Assembly: GCA_964523105.1 (NCBI GenBank)
Contig: CAZFZN010000012.1
Location: 103,547-167,546 of the forward strand
DNA length: 64,000 nt
DNA from: an uncultured Akkermansia sp.
Lineage (GTDB): Bacteria; Verrucomicrobiota; Verrucomicrobiia; Verrucomicrobiales; V1-33
Reading direction: 5' to 3'
Below are positions 49,696-58,200 of this stretch, piece after piece. Each line of letters opens with the position of its first letter. Within the stretch, counting starts at the first letter, position 1. A model generated the notes under the pieces. That model made no database searches, was not told the DNA's origin, and was given only the letters and a program-made list of their open reading frames with translations. Position numbers and translations under genes: made by a program.

Positions 49696-50583
49696 AGCCG
49701 CGGTGTTCTTTTTCAATGGTTTCGCCGCATAATGCAGTGCGGCCGTGTGCCACACCACGCAGCCGATGATGATGGCGGCGCCGGCGTAGAAGCGCAGGCC
49801 CATGACTTCACTGCTGCCGAAGACGGCCGCGGCGAGGATCATACCGTAGATGGGTTCGAGGTTTCCGGCGATGCCGATCGTGAACGGCGGCACGCGGCGC
49901 TGGAGCCAGACGCAGACAGAAAAGGCGCAGACGGTGCAGAGCAGTGCCAGGGTCAGCAAAACTCCCCAGTCGGAGCGGGCCGGCAGCCAGTGGCCGGTGG
50001 CACCCGTCGCCACGCTGAGCGCAGTGCAGAAAAGCGAAGCCGAGATCATCTCCCAAAACGTCATCGTGATGGCCGGCACGTGGCGCACGATGCGCGCGTT
50101 GAAGATACTGAACACGGCGGCCACGGCAGCGGCGAGCACGCCAAGTCCGAGACAGGGCAGGGAGATGTCTTTGTCGCCGGCCACCAGAGTCACGCCTCCG
50201 GCGACGGCCACGGCGAGCAGGCATTCGCTGAAGTGCAGGCGGCGGTCCTTGATGAACAGCGGCTCCAGCAGCGCGACCCACAGCGCGAGCGTGGCGATGC
50301 CGATGAGCATGGTGCTCACATTGCCGACTCGGGCGGCGAGAAAGAACAGATACCAGTGCAGTCCGATGAGCGTGCCGTTGGCAAAGGCACGGCGCTCCCA
50401 AAAGCCGCAGCCGGGCTTTTTGCGCCGCACGAGAAACCACAGGCCCAGCGCCGCGGCCGCGATTCCGGTGCGCCACACGACCAGCATTTGCGGCGGCAGG
50501 GTGACCAGTTTTCCCAGCACCGCCGTCAGGCCCCACAGCACCACGATGCCCTGGAGAATTATGTGGTCGCGGGCGGAAACCAA
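49684..50583 (-). CDS. EamA/DMT family transporter
   Basis: About 10 TM helices in two repeats; LWGLTAVLGK, LEPL, LEPIYG. Confidence 0.9.
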   Translation of the reverse strand: MVSARDHIILQGIVVLWGLTAVLGKLVTLPPQMLVVWRTGIAAAALGLWFLVRRKKPGCGFWERRAFANGTLIGLHWYLFFLAARVGNVSTMLIGIATLALWVALLEPLFIKDRRLHFSECLLAVAVAGGVTLVAGDKDISLPCLGLGVLAAAVAAVFSIFNARIVRHVPAITMTFWEMISASLFCTALSVATGATGHWLPARSDWGVLLTLALLCTVCAFSVCVWLQRRVPPFTIGIAGNLEPIYGMILAAAVFGSSEVMGLRFYAGAAIIIGCVVWHTAALHYAAKPLKKNTAAGHR

Positions 50584-50685
50584 TCAGCCTGGTGGATGAA
50601 TTTGCTGGAAAAGGACCGGGCCGGAGGATGGGGCGGGGTTCCGTGCCGGTTCCAGAACCAGCCGCGGGCCCCCCGGGCTGATGCG

Positions 50686-51288
50686 TTATTCCTCCGACTC
50701 TCCAAGGTCGAGACCGGTAATGCCGTGACGCGCTGCAGACTCCTTCAGTTCCTTGAGAGCGGCGGTGGAGTCCTTCTCGATCTGCAGCAGTTCATCCGCG
50801 TGATCCATCTGCCACTGTTCCGCAGCTTTCGGATCAGACGGGACGCTCAGCGACAGTTCCAGAATGCGCCGGACATTGGCGTGGTATTTCGTAAAGGCAT
50901 CGGCAAGGTCCGGCGGCACGCCGTCGGTAGGGATCGAATTCAGCTTCTGCATCAGCGCGGTCAGCATCTGCTTGGCCTTGGCGGGATCGTCGCCGGCCTG
51001 ACCTTTCATGCCCTTCATCGTCTCTGAGAACCCGTTGATCCTTGCTTTGAACGACTCCAGCGCCGGGCTGCTTTTCTCGACCACGACCTCCTTCACCTGT
51101 TTGATTTTTTCGCCGGCGGCCTGGGTCCACTCCTTGCCTTTCTCCAGCGCTTTGCCGGTGGAGTCCTTGGCGAGTTCACCGATGGATTTGGCCGCATCGG
51201 CCGTCTTGGTTTTGGCATCCTCGACTTTCTGTTCATCGCAGGCGGTGAACAGGAGGGCGGCGGGAAGAAGGAGGAGGGCGGTTTTCAT
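50686..51288 (-). CDS. Helical lipoprotein of unknown function
   Basis: MKTALLLLPAALLFTAC lipobox; K/A/E-rich helices. Confidence 0.8.
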   Translation of the reverse strand: MKTALLLLPAALLFTACDEQKVEDAKTKTADAAKSIGELAKDSTGKALEKGKEWTQAAGEKIKQVKEVVVEKSSPALESFKARINGFSETMKGMKGQAGDDPAKAKQMLTALMQKLNSIPTDGVPPDLADAFTKYHANVRRILELSLSVPSDPKAAEQWQMDHADELLQIEKDSTAALKELKESAARHGITGLDLGESEE

Positions 51289-51328
51289 AGGATGGTAAAG
51301 GCAGCGGCAGTCTGGCCCGGGATGCAGG

Positions 51329-51652
51329 CTAGAGCAAACGCCGTGTATTGCGCAGGCCGTCGGCCGTGATCCGGCTCTGCGTGGCACTGGCGATGAGATC
51401 AAGGTAATTGAGCCACTGCAGCGGACGCAGCGTGGACAGGGTGCCGTCGTTCAGTCCGGGTGCGGGGTCGTAGATTTCCCAGCCGAACTCCGAATGACGC
51501 CGGCCGTATTCCATGCGGTGAATCCACGCACCGAACTCGTCCTTGCGCCACAGCGCGGGATCGTTCCCCGGCACCGTTTGTGACATGGCCCAGACACGGT
51601 CCACCACTTCGCGGTCGTAGCTGTGAGCGGTCCAGTCGGTGGCGTCTTCCAT
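51329..51652 (-). CDS. Small HNH-family homolog lacking catalytic residues
   Basis: VW..WRKDEFGAWI..YG..GWEI..LRPLQW.N pattern, but YD where DH is expected. Confidence 0.65.
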   Translation of the reverse strand: MEDATDWTAHSYDREVVDRVWAMSQTVPGNDPALWRKDEFGAWIHRMEYGRRHSEFGWEIYDPAPGLNDGTLSTLRPLQWLNYLDLIASATQSRITADGLRNTRRLL

Positions 51653-51721
51653 GAGGTCGGTGATTTGGCCGGATACCTGTGCCCGGGAGGCGCGCCGCTG
51701 GCAAACCGGAATTCGCCGGAC

Positions 51722-51958
51722 TCAGGGGATGCGATCCACGGCGATAAGTGCAGCCTCGCTGTCGCGCAGGGAAAGCAGCGCGCCGCGCACGCTCACTTCC
51801 ACGGGGTCGCCGAGTGGCGCCCGGCGCACGAATTCGAGCCGCGTGCCGGGCAGCAGCCCCATTTCACGGAGTCTTGTCAGGCTCGGAAGCCCTTCCGGCA
51901 GATCCGTGATGACCGCTTTTTCCCCGGGCCGGAGATCGGAAAGCCGCGCGCGGTTCAT
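51722..51958 (-). CDS. feoA: Ferrous iron transport protein A
   Basis: RLREMGLLPG..RRAPLGDPVEV..LSLRDSEA. Confidence 0.93.
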   Translation of the reverse strand: MNRARLSDLRPGEKAVITDLPEGLPSLTRLREMGLLPGTRLEFVRRAPLGDPVEVSVRGALLSLRDSEAALIAVDRIP

Positions 51959-51961
51959 AAC

Positions 51962-52213
51962 TCAGGCCGCGGCGACGAACACCGTCTCCGCCATGCTGCG
52001 ACTGAGGCAGATTTTCGTGCCCTGCACCTGGGCGATGACCGCTCCACCCGAGCAAACGACGCTGATCGGCGCCGCCTCATGAAAGCCCAGCTCGCGCAGC
52101 CGCCGGCAATCCCCGTCGCTCCCCACCAGATGCCGCACCACCAGCGGGTCGCCGCGGCGGGCGGTGGAAAGCGGCTGGCAGGTGCAGCTATCGTGGGGAC
52201 AGTGGGCAGGCAT
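51962..52213 (-). CDS. feoA: Second FeoA-family protein
   Basis: RRLRELGFHE..IAQVQGTKICLSRSMA..VFV. Confidence 0.8.
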   Translation of the reverse strand: MPAHCPHDSCTCQPLSTARRGDPLVVRHLVGSDGDCRRLRELGFHEAAPISVVCSGGAVIAQVQGTKICLSRSMAETVFVAAA

Positions 52214-52223
52214 GGGGGAGAGT

Positions 52224-52238
52224 TGAGATTTCGTCTCA
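52224..52238. promoter_or_regulatory. Candidate Fur-like operator upstream of the feoA pair
   Basis: TGAGA-TTTCG-TCTCA, 15-bp inverted repeat 10 bp upstream of the start at 52213. Confidence 0.5.
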
Positions 52239-52321
52239 GGGGAGTATTTACCCGACGCCGGAAGGAGGGCAACGGGGATTTCCGCCCGCGATCCGTCCGG
52301 ACATTTCCTTATGGAATCCGG

Positions 52322-52741
52322 TCAGCCGCCCGGTGCCTCCGGCGCGGGTTTGGTCCATGCCGAAGGATGCTGCTCGAAGCCGATGTGCGGGTAGTATGCC
52401 GATGCCTTCGGTGCCGCGAGCAGGATGATCTTTGCATGCGGGCCGAGCCGCCGCCCGGTTTCCTCGATCAACCGCTGACCGATTCCCTGGCGGGCGAACG
52501 CCTGATCCACGGCGAGATCCGCGAGGTAGCAGCAGTATCCAAAATCCGTGAGGCTGCGCGCCACGCCGATGAGTTTGCCGTCGAGGCGGCAGGTCGCCCA
52601 AAGATTCGCGTGCTCCACCATCTGCGCGAGACAGTTCGCATCCTGCATGGGCCGCCGCTCCGCCAGCGTGGAGCGCCGCAGGACATCGGCGAATTCCTCC
52701 ACAGTGGGAGTTTCGGTCGTGGAATAAGTGCAGGCAGGCAT
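52322..52741 (-). CDS. GNAT family N-acetyltransferase
   Basis: LIGVARSLTD..CYLADLAVD..RQGIGQRLI..YYPHIGF. Confidence 0.92.
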   Translation of the reverse strand: MPACTYSTTETPTVEEFADVLRRSTLAERRPMQDANCLAQMVEHANLWATCRLDGKLIGVARSLTDFGYCCYLADLAVDQAFARQGIGQRLIEETGRRLGPHAKIILLAAPKASAYYPHIGFEQHPSAWTKPAPEAPGG

Positions 52742-52760
52742 GGCTGGAAGTGCTCGGTTT

Positions 52761-52799
52761 TCAGTGCTCAGTGCTCAGTGGTCAGTGCTCAGTGGTCAG
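52761..52799. repeat. Heptamer tandem repeat (TCAGTG[C/G]) x5 plus partial unit
   Basis: Units start at 52761, 52768, 52775, 52782, 52789 and 52796 (partial). Confidence 0.9.
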
Positions 52800-54294
52800 C
52801 CACTTGTTGGTTTTTTGTCATGTCTTCAAGAGGGCTGGAAGCGGAGAAGGTGATTTCGAGGTCGTCTTTGCCGATGACGATCTTTTCCACAAGAGCTTCC
52901 ACGACGCGGCGACGATTGTCGGGGGGAAGCTGGGGCCAGTTGGCGTAGAGGGATTGGGCTTCGTTGGTGACGGCGTCGGCGCTGAGGTTCTGGACACGGG
53001 CGAAGTCTATCTCCCCCTCCAATCGGGGGATGTCGGTCTGGAGCTGGAGGAGGCGTTCGGCCAGCGGCTTGTGGTAGTTGCCGAATTCCTCGATGGGGAT
53101 GTGGCCGTCAAGGTAGAGGCGGTGGGTCTTGGCCATTTCGTCCCGGACTTTCTGGAGTTCGCCCTGCTGGTTGGCGAGGAGTTTCTGCTTTTCTTCGATC
53201 TGAAGCGCGGCGCTGGCGAGGTGGGCGGTGACGCGGGGCCTTTCCCCGAAGATGGATTTGAGTTCTTCAATGAAGATGGCGTCGAGGTCTTCGATGGCGA
53301 TCTTGTTGCGGCAGGCTTCGCAGATGTATTTGCGGGTGCCGGTGCGGACATACATGCGGGCGCCGCAGTGACAGTGCGCGAGGCCGGCGAAGGTCTGGAC
53401 GGGTTTGCGTCCGGGGCGTTTTACTTTGCGGCCCTGCTGCTCTTCGATGATTTGGTTGGCTTGGTTCCAGACGGTTTCGCTGACGAGGGGTTCGCATTCC
53501 ACACTTCCCCATTCGGATTCGTCTTTGATCTCGTTGGTCCATGCGCCGGTGCGGCGATAGACGTTGAGGCGGTGGGTGCCCTTGGCGGACCAGTCGGTGA
53601 GGATGCGCCCGATGGCCATGTCGCTCCATGGGCAGCCGGCGCGGGTGCGGTAGCCGGAGGCGTTCATTTCGCGGGCGACGCGGCCCTTGCGGCGGTGTTT
53701 GAGGAAGAGTTCGTAAGCAAGCTTGCGGACGGGGCCTTCCACGGGATGCGGGACGAGTTTCTTGTCCTTCCAGTGGTAGCCGTAAGGGGATTTGCCGTTG
53801 GTGGGTTTGCCGAGTTTGGCGCGGATTTGTATCGAGGCTTTGATCCGGTCGCCGATTTCCTCCCTCTCCCACTGCGCCATCGCGGCGATCATGGTGTAAA
53901 AGAGGCGTCCGCTGGGTGTGGAGGTGTCGATGGATTCCTGCAGCGAAATGAGGTCGGCGTTCGCGGCGCGGAAGGTGTCAGCGAACTCAAGGAGTTCTTT
54001 GGTGTTGCGGGCGAGGCGCGCGAGCTTGGAGAAGATGAGGGCCTTTATGTGGCCGCGCTGGAGGTCGCGAAGCATGCGTTTGGCTTCGGGGTGCTCCATG
54101 ACGGATTTGCCGGAGACTCCGGCGAGGTCATAGACTTCCCTGACGTTCCAGCCTTTGGCGGCGGCGTAGTTGCGGGCGCGGGCTTCGTGATGCTCGGGGC
54201 TTTCGCCCTGCGCCTGATCTTCGGTGCTGACGCGAATCCAGATGCCGACGGATTTGGCGGCCGGTGCAGTGAGGGGCTGGGGTTTTGCTTTCAT
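52789..54294 (-). CDS. Large serine recombinase (integrase)
   Basis: IRVST catalytic Ser, EVYDLAGVSG, LARLARN, AQWEREEI, PYGY, CHCG..CEAC zinc ribbon, coiled coil, LVEKIVI. Start reassigned to ATG 54294. Confidence 0.95.
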   Translation of the reverse strand: MKAKPQPLTAPAAKSVGIWIRVSTEDQAQGESPEHHEARARNYAAAKGWNVREVYDLAGVSGKSVMEHPEAKRMLRDLQRGHIKALIFSKLARLARNTKELLEFADTFRAANADLISLQESIDTSTPSGRLFYTMIAAMAQWEREEIGDRIKASIQIRAKLGKPTNGKSPYGYHWKDKKLVPHPVEGPVRKLAYELFLKHRRKGRVAREMNASGYRTRAGCPWSDMAIGRILTDWSAKGTHRLNVYRRTGAWTNEIKDESEWGSVECEPLVSETVWNQANQIIEEQQGRKVKRPGRKPVQTFAGLAHCHCGARMYVRTGTRKYICEACRNKIAIEDLDAIFIEELKSIFGERPRVTAHLASAALQIEEKQKLLANQQGELQKVRDEMAKTHRLYLDGHIPIEEFGNYHKPLAERLLQLQTDIPRLEGEIDFARVQNLSADAVTNEAQSLYANWPQLPPDNRRRVVEALVEKIVIGKDDLEITFSASSPLEDMTKNQQVADH

Positions 54295-54513
54295 GCGGCC
54301 TAAGTAAATGAGAAAGCATGCGGACGCAATTTGAATCCATCTTGCGTTGGTAATTTGCGATTGAGTACTCCTTCCACGGGAAGTGCCTCTCACCGTGCGC
54401 TTCTTCTTCAAGATCGAATCGCTTCCGTTTTGCAGCGAGACCATCTGTTCGCCGGCACAGCGCGGAGGCTGCACAACTTGACAGGCATGGTCACGATATG
54501 ATAGGATCAACGT

Positions 54514-54810
54514 ATGAGAAAGCACAGCAAACCAAGCAAAGCGGGCGCGAAGCGGCGCATTCCGCCACGGATTCGCCTCAGTCCCGCTGTCCTGCGGACT
54601 GCGACACTGGCGGAGATCAATTTCGGCCTGCGGGCGCACCGTGATTTGGGTCACCTGCCCTTCGGGTTCACCACAACGAGCGGAAGGAAGATCATGGTGG
54701 CGACTGCTTCCGATTACAGCTTCACATTCATCGCGGCAGCGGAGAGATTCGGACAGTGGACGAAGGGACACCAGCTTCGGGAACTGAACGAAGTCACGCT
54801 CACCAATTGA
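54514..54810 (+). CDS. Small basic hypothetical protein divergent from the integrase
   Basis: 98 aa, ATG start, followed by a terminator-like hairpin. Confidence 0.5.
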   Translation: MRKHSKPSKAGAKRRIPPRIRLSPAVLRTATLAEINFGLRAHRDLGHLPFGFTTTSGRKIMVATASDYSFTFIAAAERFGQWTKGHQLRELNEVTLTN

Positions 54811-54908
54811 GTCGGGGGAACTTTTGCAAGTCGGCACGAATCGCTGTTCCCGGCAATATGTGCTGATCAGAATGATCGGCACGGCGTCCACCCTGACACG
54901 CCTTAAGA

Positions 54909-54936
54909 GCGGACGCGAAATGTGGCGTCCGTTTTT
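54909..54936 (+). terminator. Intrinsic terminator-like hairpin
   Basis: CGGACGC-gaaatgtg-GCGTCCG followed by TTTTT. Confidence 0.6.
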
Positions 54937-55280
54937 GACTTTGTGTCCTCCGGCATTTTAGCCCCTTTACCTCCGAGGGAAGCGGTATCTTGGCAGGTTA
55001 AGCCGGTTCCCGGTCCGATATAGCGGCGCACTCGTCGCGGTCTTTCGGGAGCCTGTCCGAATTCCATTTGCCCGCAGCTGCGAAGACAGGCTCGACAGTT
55101 CAGCACGAGAAAACGACACAATCTTTGTCACGAAATCCGGCCGGGCGTGTATATGTAATTAACAACTCGCTGAATCCTCATCTGGAATCACGCGTTGCAC
55201 CAATCGGCCGTTTGAACGCCGCCCTTCGCCTGTGTGTCACATCATTCCCCTGACCTGTAACCCCCAACCCTGCCCCTGCC

Positions 55281-58200
55281 ATGCCCTCCTCTAGTTCTTC
55301 CGGCCCGTTCTACGGCACGACTCCGATTTGTCTCTGCTGCTGCGATTGCTATGACGGCATGGGCGGCGTCGATAAAGGCCTGACTGACAACCCCGTGCGC
55401 GCCTTTGACGGCATTCCCGTCGTTTCGGTGGAGGGTATTTCCGGGCGCGGGTTGAATATCCCCTTCGGGCTGGAGATGGCATGGGGGCCGGCTGGCGGTT
55501 CGGGGACAGTTGGCGCTGGATGGGTGCTGCACGACTTGGCGAGGCTGCAAACCGCGGCTTATCCCGGAGAGATTACATATGTGGCCGGGCCAAACCAGAT
55601 TGAGGTCTTTGTGGCCACGGAGACGCTGGACGTCTGGAAGGGGGCCTACTACGTGCGCAGCACGCTGGTTTTCGATTCCATGACCGACCTCTACACGATG
55701 ACCATGCCGGATGGCAGCCAGAGAGTCTTCGATGATGAGGGGTATTTGACAATCATTCGCTCTGCCGGCGGTGTGGAACTGGGAGTGGCCGGAGGAGCCA
55801 CCGTTTCTGATGTTACCGGCACGGACTTTCGTTATGGATTCGATTGGGCGGACGGGAGAATTTCCACCGTCACACAGTATGTCACCAGAGACACAGTTGA
55901 GTCCGCCGTCCGGCGCACGAAATTCACCTACTGGAGCGGGAGCCCGGCCAAACTTCAGTCTGTGACCAATGAGGATCCGCCGCTTCCCGGGGACACGGAG
56001 TGGCAGCGCTGCGAGAAGACTTTCTTCACCTATCATGGCGATGACCTGCTCAAGCATGTGCTGCGCGACGCTTCGCTCAGGCGCATGGTGTCTGCGGGCA
56101 TCAGCATGGAAACCCCCGAAGAGATCGCGGCGATCACTGAGGAGCAGTACGATACCTATGCCGATGAAAAGTTCACCTGGGACGGCACCAAAGTGCAGAC
56201 GGAGGCCACTCACGGCGGGCAGTACCTATGGGAGTTTGCCTATGGCACCAGCGGCTACACCGATTCCGATCCGAACGTCTGGTCGAACAACACGGTCGTG
56301 ACGCGACCCGACGGCTCGGTAGAGACGCTCTTCTTCAATCAGGCCGGAAGTGTGCTGCTGCGGCAGGTGGATAAGGATGGCCAGAAGTGGTGGCCGGTGT
56401 GCCAGAGGTTCGATGACCGGATGCGGGTCATCGAAGTGATCTCCGCGGCGGCGATTTCCGAAGTGGACCCCGATCCCTTGGACCCGGAGGGTTTGATTAC
56501 CTTCAATGCGGACGTGGGCCTCATCCGCGGCTTTTCCTACGACGACGATGCCGGTCAGGTCTTCGAGGAGTGGGTCCAGAAGGGATCGGAAGGCGATCAG
56601 GTTCTGCTGCGCGAGAAAGGATACGAACCTCCGCGGACGGTCGGGAGTTTTCCGCCCATTTACATGGTTACGTCCGAGAAGGTTTATCTGAACGCCACTG
56701 ATTTTGCGGAAACGACCTTCGCCTACGCATGGTACACGGATCAGTTCCAGATGCTCAGCCGCACCACCACGCTGCCGGAGGTGCCGGTGGATCAGAACGG
56801 CACCGGTGATGATGAGGTGACCATCGTGGAAACCTTCGATGCGCAGGGCTTCCCCGACGTCCGCACGGATCAGGCCGGCGTGGTCACGGATTACGACTAC
56901 GATCCCGTCACCGGCGGGATGACGCAGAAGATCGAGGATGACGGCGGGCTGGATCTGACCACCGATTACGAACTCGACGACGAAGGGCGCACCATTCTGG
57001 AAAAAGGCCCGGTGCATGAGATTGACCTCGCCGGCACTCCCACCACCATCCGCCGCGCCGTGTGGACGTATTACCGCGACCCGGAGCAGGAGCGCATCAC
57101 GTTTCCCGGCTACATCATTATCGGCGAGAGCGATGCGGAACTCAGCAGCCACTGCGTTGGCCCGGTGACGATCGAGCGCGGGTTCGTCGCGCCTGACCTG
57201 CCGGACGGCACTTCGTTCACCGATACCATCGCCGCCAAGTGGGAGCTGGAGCGCCTGCCGCTGCCGGAGGAGGTCTATCCGCAGGAAACATGGACGCGCT
57301 GGCAGCGCCGGCATTACAGCCAGGGCGGCGAGCTGATCGCGGAGCGGGTCTATCATGTCATCCCGGCCAGCGGCGAAGGCGTGAAGGACACGAACTACGC
57401 GGAGACTGCCTACGCCCGCGACAGTGCGGGGCGCGTGGACCGCGTGACGACGCCCGGCGGCACCATTCAGCAGACCATTTTCAACACCATGGGCTGGGTC
57501 ACTTCCCGTCTTGTCGGCACCGCGCCGGGGAATATGGTGACGACCGTGGAGAACGAGTACGACGACAACGACGACGAAGGCGACGGGCTGCTGACCAAAT
57601 CCACCCGCCCGGTGGACGGCAGTCCGGGCGGCGATCGCGTCACCACTTTCACCTACGACTGGCGGCAGCGGCCGGAGACAGTTAGTACCGTCGTGGACGT
57701 GTCCAGCGGCGAGGCCACGCTCATTACCGAAAACACCTACGACAATCGCAGCCTCGTCACGGAAGTCCGCGAGTATCGCACCGCCACCGGCGTGATTGGC
57801 AATCTCCTCGGCCAGACCTTCAACTTCTTCGATCCGCTCGGACGGCTCTACCGCACCTTCCGCTACAAAGTGGACAACGCCATCAGCAGCAGCCCCACCG
57901 ATTACCTTGAAGACAACACATGGTATGACCCCGTGGGCCGCGTGTCCGTGCAGTGGCCCGCCGGCAGCCAGGCCTTTCAGGCCCTGACCTACGATGCCGT
58001 GGGCCGGGTCACACATGCCTACACGGCCTACGAGCCGGGCTGGACCAGCAGTTCCTCCTCCAGCGGCTACGGCAATGCGCCGAACGTGGACGAATCCATC
58101 GTCATGGAGCAGCGGGACATGGAGTATGACGATGCCGGCAATGTCACCAGCACCGTGCTGCGCCAGCGCTATGACGATGCCACGGAAACCGGCCCCCTCG

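Noticed and set aside
52750-54303. 517-aa plus-strand ORF
   Set aside because: Antisense shadow of the serine recombinase.
54295-54891. 199-aa N-terminal extension of the recombinase in the ORF track
   Set aside because: The catalytic domain begins just after ATG 54294; the extension overlaps a divergent ORF and is low-information. Similar over-extensions were trimmed for several other genes.
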